Sequence record: MN988523.1
DNA length: 32,000 nt
Reading direction: 5' to 3' (one strand)
From: Rhizobium phage RHph_TM2_3B
A program made the position numbers and the translations under genes. This document shows positions 9,159-17,644 of this stretch, one piece after another. Every line of letters begins with the position of its first letter. Position 1 is the stretch's first letter. Under the pieces are notes generated by a model, which was not told the origin of the DNA, ran no database searches, and saw only the letters and a program-made list of their open reading frames with translations.

Positions 9159-9241
9159 GCTCTGATTCTGGAGAGGATGGATCTCGGATTAGATTCCGAG
9201 ATCTGTCTTCGGAGCTTAGACATCTCCGTATCGTAGGAGAG
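9155..9241 (+). promoter_or_regulatory. Folded leader with mutually exclusive stems (riboswitch-like candidate)
   Basis: Stems GATCTCGGA/TCCGAGATC, CTAAGCTCTG/CGGAGCTTAG, GGAGA/TCTCC, TGTCT/AGACA (see findings). Confidence 0.45.
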
Positions 9242-9268
9242 ACATATAGATCACGGTATGCACAGAAT

Positions 9269-9586
9269 GTGTATCGTGATACTAAAGAGGATGATCCAGT
9301 CATCCTCGAGTGGGAAAAGACCAATCGTATGGATGGTTGTGCTCACAAAGTTCTCGTCTACGATCCAATCAATGAACGAGGTACCCATGTAGGGTATGTC
9401 GACCGAAATCAAGCAGCTAGGATTGTTAGTGAGCTTGCCAAGTACAAATACACTGAGAAGACTCATCGTATTGTTGGTAAGATCACGAGGAACAATCCTG
9501 GTAAGTACAACGAAATCGAGATACTAGGACTCATCAGCACTACAGAGTCTGAACAGCATCTCAAAGATTATTATAGAAGGAAATAA
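9269..9586 (+). CDS. Hypothetical protein, weakly HIRAN-like
   Basis: ORF; HKVLVYDPINERGTHVGYVDRNQAARIVSEL vaguely resembles HIRAN; start codon unclear. Confidence 0.55.
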   Translation: MYRDTKEDDPVILEWEKTNRMDGCAHKVLVYDPINERGTHVGYVDRNQAARIVSELAKYKYTEKTHRIVGKITRNNPGKYNEIEILGLISTTESEQHLKDYYRRK

Positions 9587-9590
9587 CCAC

Positions 9591-10514
9591 ATGGGTGGCG
9601 GACGTTTTGATACTAATGCATATGCAAGCCTGTCGACTGCTCGTACAGTTCGTACTGACGGTACTCGTATGCATCACACTGAAGTCTTCAAGGCTAAGGT
9701 CGTGGATAGCAAGTTCTCTCCACGAAATATCAAGCTTCGTGAGTCGGTTGACTCGGAGACATCTCCGAACTCTCGTCCGATCATCGTCGGTCTTGACTTC
9801 AGTGGATCGATGGGATCGATTGCAGGTGAGATGGCTAACAATCAGCTCGGTAAGCTGATGGAGAATGTCGTTGGTACGAAGGCAGTAGCTGATCCTCATC
9901 TGCTGTTCCTCGGTATTGATGACGTTCATGCATCATTCTCGTCTGAATCTCTCCAGGCTACTCAGTTCGAAGCTGATATTCGTATCGCTGAACAGCTGAC
10001 TGAACTGAAGAATATCGGTCGAGGTGGAGGTAATGGATTCGAATCCTACAACCTCGCATGGTACTTCGCTGCATACAAGACGAAGATCGACTCCTTCAAG
10101 AAGCGTGGTAAGAAGGGACTCCTCTTCACTATCGGCGATGAAGGTGTACCTGCAGATCTGAATGCATCTCATCTTGAGACTGTCTTCGGATCAGATGATC
10201 TTCCTGTTCTCAGCAACGATAGTCTCCTGAGCACTGTTCGTCAGGAATGGGATGTATTCCACATCATCGCAGAGGAAGGTGACTACTGCAGAGGTGGTAG
10301 CTCGCATGTCAGCAGGCAGTGGTATGGTCTGCTTGGCAATCGTGCTATTCTGATGAGCGACTATCGCTACGTCTCGGATATCATCGTTGCTACGATCGCT
10401 GTCAATGAAGGTCGTGATCCGGATGATCTCCTGTCCACGTACAAGAACGATGGATCTCGTGAAGTCATTGAGCGTGCACTCTACGGTATGCGAGATTTCG
10501 CTAAGTCTCTGTAA
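9591..10514 (+). CDS. von Willebrand factor A (vWA) domain protein
   Basis: PIIVGLDFSGSMGSIAGEM = MIDAS DxSGSM motif. Confidence 0.85.
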   Translation: MGGGRFDTNAYASLSTARTVRTDGTRMHHTEVFKAKVVDSKFSPRNIKLRESVDSETSPNSRPIIVGLDFSGSMGSIAGEMANNQLGKLMENVVGTKAVADPHLLFLGIDDVHASFSSESLQATQFEADIRIAEQLTELKNIGRGGGNGFESYNLAWYFAAYKTKIDSFKKRGKKGLLFTIGDEGVPADLNASHLETVFGSDDLPVLSNDSLLSTVRQEWDVFHIIAEEGDYCRGGSSHVSRQWYGLLGNRAILMSDYRYVSDIIVATIAVNEGRDPDDLLSTYKNDGSREVIERALYGMRDFAKSL

Positions 10515-10537
10515 TCTGCTCCAATAATCTTGGACTG

Positions 10538-10614
10538 AATAGGTGAACTAGAGCTCCCTAAGAGATTTCTTCTTAGGGAGCAATCCCGTTTAACTCAACT
10601 AGGATTTCACTACT
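10538..10614 (+). promoter_or_regulatory. Repeat-family leader copy C
   Basis: ataggtgaactagagctccctaagagatttcttcttagggagc; strong hairpin GCTCCCTAAGA/TCTTAGGGAGC. Confidence 0.6.
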
Positions 10615-11865
10615 ATGAAGAATGCTCATATCGTTATTGGCGCACAATACGGAGATGAAGGCAAGGGTGCCACTGTGAATCTCCTTGCTCAGAAATATCC
10701 AGATGCATTGAATGTCAGATTCAATGGTGGAGCTCAAGCAGGACATACTGTGACACTCGAGGATGGTCGTCGTCACGTATTCTCTCACTTTGGATCAGGT
10801 ACTCTCCAAGGACTGGATACGTATTTCAACGAATCCTCCATCGTTAATCCTTGGAGATTCAAGGATGAGCATACTGTAATCATGAGTGAATTCGGTCTGA
10901 GTCCTCTTGTTTTTGTACATGAGAATGCTCTGGTCACGTCGCCATACGATATGGCAATCAATCAACTCTGGGAGACTTGCCGTAGTGGAGATCGTCATGG
11001 ATCCTGCGGTATGGGTATTTATGAGACAATCCTGAGATCTCGTAAGTCTGAATCTCTTGTGCGAGTACATGAACTAGTTTATCATGTCTTTGAAGACATC
11101 AATGATCGATACAAAGAATATGCGTATCGTAGACTCCAAGATGTTAGGGATTTTCATCCTGATTGTGAAGAATTCATTAAGGATACTGAGAAATTCATCG
11201 ATAGTGAAGATGTTACTCGTCAGTTCTTTCTCGACTACTCATTCTTCATGTCGATGATTAATGTCGTTAAAGACGATATTAATATCTACTCGCAGTACGA
11301 TACTGTGATCTTCGAAGGAGCTCAAGGTCTCCAGCTCGATCAGAATTATGTTGAGTATCAAGGTAATCTGCCTCATGCTACTCCGTCCAATCCTGGACTT
11401 GGTAGTAAGTCACTCCATAATGCATTCGAGAAGTACGATCTCACTGAAGACAATATTCACGTGTACTATCTGACGAGATTCTATCAGACTCGTCATGGTA
11501 ATGGACCATTCGATCGTGAGGTTAATCCTGACGTTCTAGGTGACATTGTTGATCTCACCAACATCGACAATCCTCATCAAGGATCGATTCGATACGCTCC
11601 ACTCAATGTCTTTAGTCTACTCGAAGCAGTAGAATTCGATCTTCAGTACATCGATAACTGCAGACCATATCTTGTGGTCACATGTGTTGACCAAGTTGTC
11701 AACGATGAAGTTGTCATCAAAGCACTGCATGATGACAGTCACGTTAAGATTCCATTCGAGGATTTGAAGATGATCCTACGTGATAACTTTGAATTCATGT
11801 ACGGTATCTTCTATTCTGACGGAAAATCTATGAAATACGAGGAACATCTTTATGTCGCAGCATGA
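10615..11865 (+). CDS. purA: Adenylosuccinate synthetase-like protein
   Basis: IGAQYGDEGKGATVNLL P-loop, GGAQAGHTV, FEGAQGLQLD, TRHGNGPF. Confidence 0.85.
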   Translation: MKNAHIVIGAQYGDEGKGATVNLLAQKYPDALNVRFNGGAQAGHTVTLEDGRRHVFSHFGSGTLQGLDTYFNESSIVNPWRFKDEHTVIMSEFGLSPLVFVHENALVTSPYDMAINQLWETCRSGDRHGSCGMGIYETILRSRKSESLVRVHELVYHVFEDINDRYKEYAYRRLQDVRDFHPDCEEFIKDTEKFIDSEDVTRQFFLDYSFFMSMINVVKDDINIYSQYDTVIFEGAQGLQLDQNYVEYQGNLPHATPSNPGLGSKSLHNAFEKYDLTEDNIHVYYLTRFYQTRHGNGPFDREVNPDVLGDIVDLTNIDNPHQGSIRYAPLNVFSLLEAVEFDLQYIDNCRPYLVVTCVDQVVNDEVVIKALHDDSHVKIPFEDLKMILRDNFEFMYGIFYSDGKSMKYEEHLYVAA

Positions 11866-12409
11866 CTCTGAGGGAGATCAGATCGAACAAGCGATCGCTG
11901 AATACTTCCAGATGAAGCATAGTGGAACTAGTTTCACTGTTAGTGAACCATTCAAGTTCACGATTGAGACTACTCGACGAGAGAAGACATTATGCATTGC
12001 TGAAGATAAGATGCATCGTGGTGGAGTGACGATGTGGTACGCAGAGGATCAAATACTACCTGATCCTGAAACTGCTACTCTACGTGAAATTTCTGACGCA
12101 ATCTCCAGATTGCAGAATCTTGTTCTCAATAGTAGTGCAGGTTCTGCTAGAGATGATGCTGTCAAAGATCGTGATCGATTGAATAGAGCTATCACAGTAA
12201 AGATGGGATCACACAAGGCTATGGAGTATCTTGGAGGTATTCTTCATTATCTCCAAGATCTGCATCCAGATGATCAGTGCAAAGCATATGACGATGCTCT
12301 GTTCTTCTACAACTTCCATAATCCCAACTCACGAGTAGAACCTACTGGTCTAGGCTATACTAGTCTCGTGCAGCCTTCCTTGTTAGGAGACGATAGTGAA
12401 TCGCGTTGA
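11852..12409 (+). CDS. Hypothetical protein
   Basis: ORF overlapping purA end. Confidence 0.7.
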   Translation: MSQHDSEGDQIEQAIAEYFQMKHSGTSFTVSEPFKFTIETTRREKTLCIAEDKMHRGGVTMWYAEDQILPDPETATLREISDAISRLQNLVLNSSAGSARDDAVKDRDRLNRAITVKMGSHKAMEYLGGILHYLQDLHPDDQCKAYDDALFFYNFHNPNSRVEPTGLGYTSLVQPSLLGDDSESR

Positions 12410-12725
12410 TAAGATTAAAGCATTGGATAATGCTACTGAATGCAAGTGGTACGTCGATATCGCATTTGACGTAGGTACCGCAGAAGCTCGTACTATGATG
12501 TACGGATCAGAAATGAATCGATGGAAATTCAGTGGATCACCTGAAGATCTTGACGAACTTATCGACAATTCTCTCCAAGCTGCTTATGAAGAAGTAGTAG
12601 AACATAAAGTTAAGCTGTACTCTGATATGCCTTGTCATGACTTTCTACCTGATGATCGTAATCTGATGAACTCGTACGATAATGCATCTTTCCATAACCT
12701 AGAACATCTGTGGGTAGGACTATGA
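12396..12725 (+). CDS. Hypothetical protein (GTG start)
   Basis: AGGAG upstream of GTG 12396. Confidence 0.65.
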   Translation: MNRVDKIKALDNATECKWYVDIAFDVGTAEARTMMYGSEMNRWKFSGSPEDLDELIDNSLQAAYEEVVEHKVKLYSDMPCHDFLPDDRNLMNSYDNASFHNLEHLWVGL

Positions 12726-13120
12726 GTGGATTTGAACGTATTAAACCTGAAGATATTGACGTAGGCGTATACATCTGGTATGGTGGACAGATGTCAGTAT
12801 CTGGATGGGATTGCCCAGGTATCATCTATGAGGTCAATGAAGAGGAGCAATGGTTCCGTATCCAGTCTCTAGACGATCTCAATAAGAATGAACAGAAGTA
12901 TGAGTTCGTACCTGATGATCGTAGTGCTACGTCTAGTCTTACTATTCGTAAGATTTCTGTTGAGGAGGCATTCGACTATGTCCGTAAGATTAAGGATGCT
13001 AAGCATTCTCGTATCGGTGATATCGAAGAGACTCTCCGTAAGGCTAAGCAGGATGCACTGAATTTTCAGGTGTTCTTTGACAATATGAAGAAAGAGATCA
13101 AGAATGTTGAATCTGTCTGA
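12722..13120 (+). CDS. Hypothetical protein
   Basis: ORF with ATGA coupling; N-terminal IDVGVYIWY. Confidence 0.7.
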   Translation: MSGFERIKPEDIDVGVYIWYGGQMSVSGWDCPGIIYEVNEEEQWFRIQSLDDLNKNEQKYEFVPDDRSATSSLTIRKISVEEAFDYVRKIKDAKHSRIGDIEETLRKAKQDALNFQVFFDNMKKEIKNVESV

Positions 13121-13487
13121 GATTAAGGTAGGAGACTACCTGTGGATGGAATTTGAATTCGAAGATGACTATCCTGGACGAGAGGATATTGATGAGCCTC
13201 TCAGAATTATGGCGATCAATGGAAATGTTCTTCTAGTAATGTACTTGAAGAGTCTCTCAGGTACATTACGATCGATTGATCTTGATACTATTCATTCTCG
13301 TACTAAATTGTACAAACCTACTACTGACAAATTGAGATCATTCTTACTTCATCTTGCTGCTAAGACGAGAGATCGTATTGAGGCTCTGAAGAAAGAGAAG
13401 AGTGACAACGATGTTCTCCTCAATAATACTCGTAGCATTCTCAAAGAATTGATGGAATCAGATGATGCAAGCAAAGCTACCGTATGA
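13104..13487 (+). CDS. Hypothetical protein
   Basis: ORF; N-terminal IKVGDYLWMEF. Confidence 0.7.
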   Translation: MLNLSEIKVGDYLWMEFEFEDDYPGREDIDEPLRIMAINGNVLLVMYLKSLSGTLRSIDLDTIHSRTKLYKPTTDKLRSFLLHLAAKTRDRIEALKKEKSDNDVLLNNTRSILKELMESDDASKATV

Positions 13488-13656
13488 TCTTGTGATTGAC
13501 AATGACACTATGTGGTTCGCAGGAGATGATGTCAAGTTTGAATGCCATGTATGGAGTGACGGATCTATGTCCATCATGATACATCGAGGTACTGAATCTG
13601 TTCTTCTCCATTTTGATAACATCAGTGAAGCTGAAAAGTCAGGATGGAATGTATGA
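13462..13656 (+). CDS. Hypothetical small protein
   Basis: ORF overlapping neighbours. Confidence 0.6.
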   Translation: MMQAKLPYDLVIDNDTMWFAGDDVKFECHVWSDGSMSIMIHRGTESVLLHFDNISEAEKSGWNV

Positions 13657-14000
13657 TGTATAATACGAATCTCGGATTTTGGGTAGATCTTAATCAGATC
13701 GCTATGGTTAGTGAGTTTCTCAAAGGACGAGATCATCATTCGATTAAATTCTGCATATTGTACAAATATAGCTCTCAAGAAATATGGTACGAGTACGGAG
13801 TATTTGGTGACTCTACTCCGTACTTTATTCAGAAGAAGATGTATGAAGCATACAGGAAACTGAATGAAGCTTACGATTACAATGAGATACCGAAGTTTAC
13901 GACTGAGTTCTACCTCGAGATGTTTGAAGACTTGGTAGAGTCTATCGAAGAGCATCTTATCAACCTCATCAATGAAAAGATTAAGCACGATGCTAAGTAA
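13653..14000 (+). CDS. Hypothetical protein, tandem paralog 1
   Basis: MMYNTNLGFWVDLNQIAMVSEF; resembles next ORF. Confidence 0.7.
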   Translation: MMYNTNLGFWVDLNQIAMVSEFLKGRDHHSIKFCILYKYSSQEIWYEYGVFGDSTPYFIQKKMYEAYRKLNEAYDYNEIPKFTTEFYLEMFEDLVESIEEHLINLINEKIKHDAK

Positions 14001-14346
14001 GAGATTCTATGATACTGGGATGGGATTCTATGTGGATCTCGAGCATATCCAAGCAGTTTCTAATGCTCAGGATACTCATCGATATGGTGAAGTGTGTTTC
14101 TCGATAAAGTACATGATGGGTGCAGGTAATCACACATTGTATAACTTTAGTACGTACTATGGTGATACTGAATTCGAGAAGGAAGTACTCGCAGCTACCA
14201 GAGCACTTTCAGACTCTCCTGAATGGAGAAAGCTCACTCAAGATCCTGACAAGAGGAGAATGCTAAGTAGAGTTACGATACCTATTCTCCAAAAGTACAT
14301 TGACAGGATGTGGGAAGCTAAGAGCGAATTCCTCTCATCACAATAG
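13972..14346 (+). CDS. Hypothetical protein, tandem paralog 2
   Basis: RFYDTGMGFYVDLEHIQAVSNAQ; resembles previous ORF; start may be 13990. Confidence 0.7.
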   Translation: MKRLSTMLSKRFYDTGMGFYVDLEHIQAVSNAQDTHRYGEVCFSIKYMMGAGNHTLYNFSTYYGDTEFEKEVLAATRALSDSPEWRKLTQDPDKRRMLSRVTIPILQKYIDRMWEAKSEFLSSQ

Positions 14347-14419
14347 GTTCACTTAGGGTCCTAAGAGGATTCTTCCTTGAAGGGTGCGAGGGCATCCGAA
14401 ATTCAACGGAGAAAAGATT
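14343..14419 (+). promoter_or_regulatory. Repeat-family leader copy D
   Basis: aataggttcacttagggtcctaagaggattcttccttgaaggg; hairpin GGGTGC-gagg-GCATCC. Confidence 0.75.
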
Positions 14420-14998
14420 ATGACGCAGATTGCAGAAGAATTCCAGAAGATTGGTCTCATCTCGGAGAAGATGAAGAACGATCTCGAGCTCGATCTTGAC
14501 GAGCAGTTCATGGTCGGTCTGGAACTTGGTAACAAGTACGACCTCGTGAGCTGGGGATCCTTCAATGAGTTCATCAAACCGACTCTGAAGAATTTCTTCA
14601 AGGAGTACGTCAACTATCGGTTCTCGATCGGGATCGTAATCCTCCGTGAAGATCTCGAAAGGATCCTGATTCGGATTCTTGAGGAGCGCTGCAAGGGAGT
14701 TATCGCTACGACCTGCAAGGCTAAGAAAATCAATCCCTTCCAGATTCGAGAAATCGAGAAGGATAAGGGATTGACGATGGGAATCGTCCGAGGCATTCGT
14801 GTCTTCAAGAAGCGTCGTAAGTTGATCGTGAAAGAAGACCAGATCCTCCAGTACGATTCTCAGCTTCGCTCGGTCAACATCGTCTACCTCTGGGAGATGG
14901 TGAAGAAGGTTCGTCAGGATATGGAGAAGGCTAATCGCGATCTCGTCGCATCCTTCGATCCTTCCAAGATCACTCGAGTAGAAGTGGCTAAGAAGTAA
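14420..14998 (+). CDS. Hypothetical protein
   Basis: ORF following cggagaaaagattATG; many C-ending codons. Confidence 0.8.
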   Translation: MTQIAEEFQKIGLISEKMKNDLELDLDEQFMVGLELGNKYDLVSWGSFNEFIKPTLKNFFKEYVNYRFSIGIVILREDLERILIRILEERCKGVIATTCKAKKINPFQIREIEKDKGLTMGIVRGIRVFKKRRKLIVKEDQILQYDSQLRSVNIVYLWEMVKKVRQDMEKANRDLVASFDPSKITRVEVAKK

Positions 14999-15026
14999 AC
15001 GTGGAGAAGTAGTAAAGGAGTCGCAC

Positions 15027-15209
15027 GTGAATGAAGTGAAATCAGAGATCTCCCTATCGGACAAGTCTGTTAAGGAGATCGACCAGATCATTCTTGAGAG
15101 ATGTCACGAGATCGAGAGTGAACATGATGGAATCGACCATGATGTAGCTCTAGCTCAAGCGACTGAAGAGATCGTCAAGAAACTGTCTGAAGAATTTCGA
15201 GCAGTCTAA
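15027..15209 (+). CDS. Hypothetical small protein
   Basis: ORF ending at TAATG junction. Confidence 0.65.
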   Translation: MNEVKSEISLSDKSVKEIDQIILERCHEIESEHDGIDHDVALAQATEEIVKKLSEEFRAV

Positions 15210-15553
15210 TGCTGGAAGTGCTCAGCTTTAAACTAGTAGCTACGGGTATTTATTATATCCGTAGCAGAGGTACCGAAAGAGTAGGCAGTAGATTCTACGA
15301 CACATCATATGTCAATGAGTCTACTGCCAATCTTTTAAAGGATTTTCTCATCAAACGATGGGAAGAATGTCCAATTGAGCGAATTACCGACCTAAGAGAC
15401 TTCTTTGTTATACCTCATGGGCATATCTCCTTCTCATCTATGACACCTAAGGAATTATTTGACTCACAATTTAGTCGATTCAAATTTGGTACATCTAAGA
15501 TGAAGAGAAACGTTATGAAACATCTAATTGGATTGTATCCAGATTTGAAATAG
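15209..15553 (+). CDS. Hypothetical protein
   Basis: ORF. Confidence 0.65.
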   Translation: MLEVLSFKLVATGIYYIRSRGTERVGSRFYDTSYVNESTANLLKDFLIKRWEECPIERITDLRDFFVIPHGHISFSSMTPKELFDSQFSRFKFGTSKMKRNVMKHLIGLYPDLK

Positions 15554-15558
15554 TACTA

Positions 15559-15729
15559 ATGAGCTTTACGCATAAAATTATCTTTATTGTAGTTATAGTT
15601 TTGACGATTGGATTCACTTCATTGTTCCTGTTCGACGAATCCATGTACTACCCATCAAATAGGTTGAGACAAGTATGTAGACCTGTCTCCCAGAACAAGT
15701 GCGCGATTTATATCTACGAGGTCAAATAA
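15559..15729 (+). CDS. Small membrane protein (56 aa), absent from ORF track
   Basis: MSFTHKIIFIVVIVLTIGFTSLFLFDESMYYPSNRLRQVCRPVSQNKCAIYIYEVK; hydrophobic N-terminus; TAATG overlap with next gene. Confidence 0.6.
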   Translation: MSFTHKIIFIVVIVLTIGFTSLFLFDESMYYPSNRLRQVCRPVSQNKCAIYIYEVK

Positions 15730-15902
15730 TGAAAGCTAAGCATGTCTCTGATGAACGTAAGCTCTATGATCTCTGTAAGGAATTCATCGAAGAGCAGTTT
15801 ATCCATGACAAGGATGATGCTGAATGGGTCACTGAAGATGACAAATTTAAGTTCATCATGAAAGTTTGTGAGATCGTAGGATTCAAGGAATTGGTGAAAT
15901 GA
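15729..15902 (+). CDS. Hypothetical small protein
   Basis: ORF from TAATG junction. Confidence 0.6.
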   Translation: MKAKHVSDERKLYDLCKEFIEEQFIHDKDDAEWVTEDDKFKFIMKVCEIVGFKELVK

Positions 15903-16165
15903 AATTACTAGGTGAGACTATCGAAGTCACTACATCAACTGTCTTCAAGGGTGAGCTAGGTACTGTTATCGAACAGTCGAGAACTACTCTGACAGTAGAC
16001 TTCGATGGTCGCATCGGTAAGTATGATCTGTTCAAGAATGAGTTCATCGTCTACAAGAACTTCAAACTCGAGAGACCAGTCGAATTGATCAGTCTCAAAT
16101 CTATCGAAGGAGAACCAGTCTATGCAAAGTACTCAGAACGAGTCGTGCGACCGATTAAGTGTTAA
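15899..16165 (+). CDS. Hypothetical protein
   Basis: ORF coupled by ATGA. Confidence 0.65.
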   Translation: MKLLGETIEVTTSTVFKGELGTVIEQSRTTLTVDFDGRIGKYDLFKNEFIVYKNFKLERPVELISLKSIEGEPVYAKYSERVVRPIKC

Positions 16166-16178
16166 GAGACCTGATCCT

Positions 16179-16388
16179 ATGGTCTCTCCTAGTCGTCCTC
16201 TCACGAATGATGAGAGATACCATCTCATCAAAGCTTCTCAGAGGACTCAGTCGGATTATCCTAAGGTACGTCTCTGGTATGAATACTTCAGAGACAGTGG
16301 TCAGTGCAGCATGATGGATACTCAATACGTTATCTCGATCGCTATCACAGCGATGATCCAAGATGAGCTCGAATCCAATGAAGTATGA
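16179..16388 (+). CDS. Hypothetical small protein
   Basis: ORF, start estimated at 16179. Confidence 0.6.
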   Translation: MVSPSRPLTNDERYHLIKASQRTQSDYPKVRLWYEYFRDSGQCSMMDTQYVISIAITAMIQDELESNEV

Positions 16389-16797
16389 TCAGAATTTATA
16401 CAGCAAATACGGATACTGGATTAAGTCCGACGGTACAATTCTATACTTGGACTCGATCTACGGTCACAACGATCTCGCTAAGGAGAGTGGTGACTTCGAT
16501 CCAAGTATGTCTGGTCATGACTGCTATTCTGCAGCTATCGACAGTGGATGGATTCGGATCAATATCAGTGCGTATACTGCAGCATGGGGACTTCATTGGA
16601 ACTATGCTGAAGCCAAGATCACTGATGAAGCAGTCAAGGGATTCAAGCATCTGATTAGATTGCATGGACCTCATGAAGTCGATACTGGTGTAGCTCTCCA
16701 GATTCACTACAAAGATGCGATCGAACTTATGCAAGGTCGGATGAGCATCGATCAATTGAATGAGAAAATCAAGAAGAAGGAAGATGAATATTACTGA
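16378..16797 (+). CDS. Hypothetical protein
   Basis: ORF MKYDQNLYSKYGYWIKSDG... Confidence 0.7.
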   Translation: MKYDQNLYSKYGYWIKSDGTILYLDSIYGHNDLAKESGDFDPSMSGHDCYSAAIDSGWIRINISAYTAAWGLHWNYAEAKITDEAVKGFKHLIRLHGPHEVDTGVALQIHYKDAIELMQGRMSIDQLNEKIKKKEDEYY

Positions 16798-16990
16798 CAC
16801 TATTTCATGGTATCTCACGTTTGTTACTACTGTATCTTATTTGATGATACTGGTTGTAATGCGAGTCCATTACATTCATAATTATTCAAGAGATACAAGA
16901 TGGTACTATGCATCGATGATGATCATCTTTAGTATTCAAGGTACGGTCGGATTGATGCTTCTCATGATTCACAATGGAGTTATTAGATGA
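16784..16990 (+). CDS. Small membrane protein (two hydrophobic segments)
   Basis: MNITDTISWYLTFVTTVSYLMILVVM...MMIIFSIQGTVGLMLLMI. Confidence 0.65.
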   Translation: MNITDTISWYLTFVTTVSYLMILVVMRVHYIHNYSRDTRWYYASMMIIFSIQGTVGLMLLMIHNGVIR

Positions 16991-17092
16991 AAAGATACAG
17001 AGAGTGGCGATATGGATTCCGAATAGGTACCAACTATTCGGAGTTATCCAATGTCAAGTCAAAGTGGAGGATCTGGATTCGTATGTGAGTCC

Positions 17093-17257
17093 ATGAGTCC
17101 TCAGCGCATGCCTAATATGAAGGCATTCAAACCATTCTGCTTGTGCTGTGTAGGTAAGGTATATCGTAAGGGATACGTTCTCAGCAAAGCTAAGTCTCGA
17201 TTTAAGAATCGTCGACTTCATCGCGGTAAGCCTCGTTATAAGGATCATCGCGCATAA
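17093..17257 (+). CDS. Hypothetical small basic protein
   Basis: ORF; FCLCCVGKVYRKG and basic C-terminus; start uncertain. Confidence 0.45.
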   Translation: MSPQRMPNMKAFKPFCLCCVGKVYRKGYVLSKAKSRFKNRRLHRGKPRYKDHRA

Positions 17258-17568
17258 TGTCTAGGACCACGAGACTCTGCAAACCTTATATCATTTACTA
17301 CAATTACCATAACCTCGGAGATCCTGATCCTCGAGATGCGTCTCAAAATGGACGTGATGGTAGTAAGTACAAGAGTGCACTGTACGACGATTACATTAAA
17401 CAACCTGGATGGTCTCGAGATCATTATACAGGAATTGGTCAACGTCAGTGGAAGAAGAAATGTGCTCGTCGTCATCGTCGACGTGAAGATCTTCAGATTG
17501 TCTGCAAGGAGATTCTGGAGTACTTTCATGACGACGAATTCAGCGTTGATGAGCCTTCCTCTTTGTAA
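17257..17568 (+). CDS. Hypothetical protein
   Basis: ORF from TAATG junction, followed by a terminator. Confidence 0.6.
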   Translation: MSRTTRLCKPYIIYYNYHNLGDPDPRDASQNGRDGSKYKSALYDDYIKQPGWSRDHYTGIGQRQWKKKCARRHRRREDLQIVCKEILEYFHDDEFSVDEPSSL

Positions 17569-17585
17569 GTAAGAATATATTTTAT

Positions 17586-17627
17586 AGGCCTCATTTAGTA
17601 GAAATGCTAGATGAGGCCTTTTCTTTT
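17586..17627 (+). terminator. Rho-independent terminator
   Basis: aggcctcatttag-tagaaatg-ctagatgaggcct then tttctttt. Confidence 0.9.
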
Positions 17628-17644
17628 ACCTTATTGGAGCATCA

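Noticed and set aside
10615-11865. Diaminopurine (Z-genome) system via PurZ
   Set aside because: The P-loop Asp (GAQYGDEGKG) typical of PurA is retained and no companion MazZ/DatZ gene is recognisable in this window; left only as an item to test.
14318-15091. Long minus-strand ORFs in the track (for example 14318-15091, 13458-13988, 19259-19597, 9561-9929)
   Set aside because: They lie antisense to well-supported + strand genes with good RBS/coupling, show low-complexity Ser/Leu/Arg-rich translations typical of antisense frames, and match no recognised family.
8328-15098. Extended starts proposed by the track (8328, 14384, 5099, 16122, 27741)
   Set aside because: Better starts with Shine-Dalgarno spacing exist downstream (8364, 14420, 5180, 16179, 27798); the 14384 and 27741 starts fall within structured intergenic elements.
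16385-16654. ORFs overlapping stronger + strand genes in another frame (16385-16654, 17336-17572, 19368-19583, 20996-21253, 21528-21764, 31412-31675)
   Set aside because: Each is fully or mostly nested in a better-supported + strand gene, with translations that look like frame-shifted noise.
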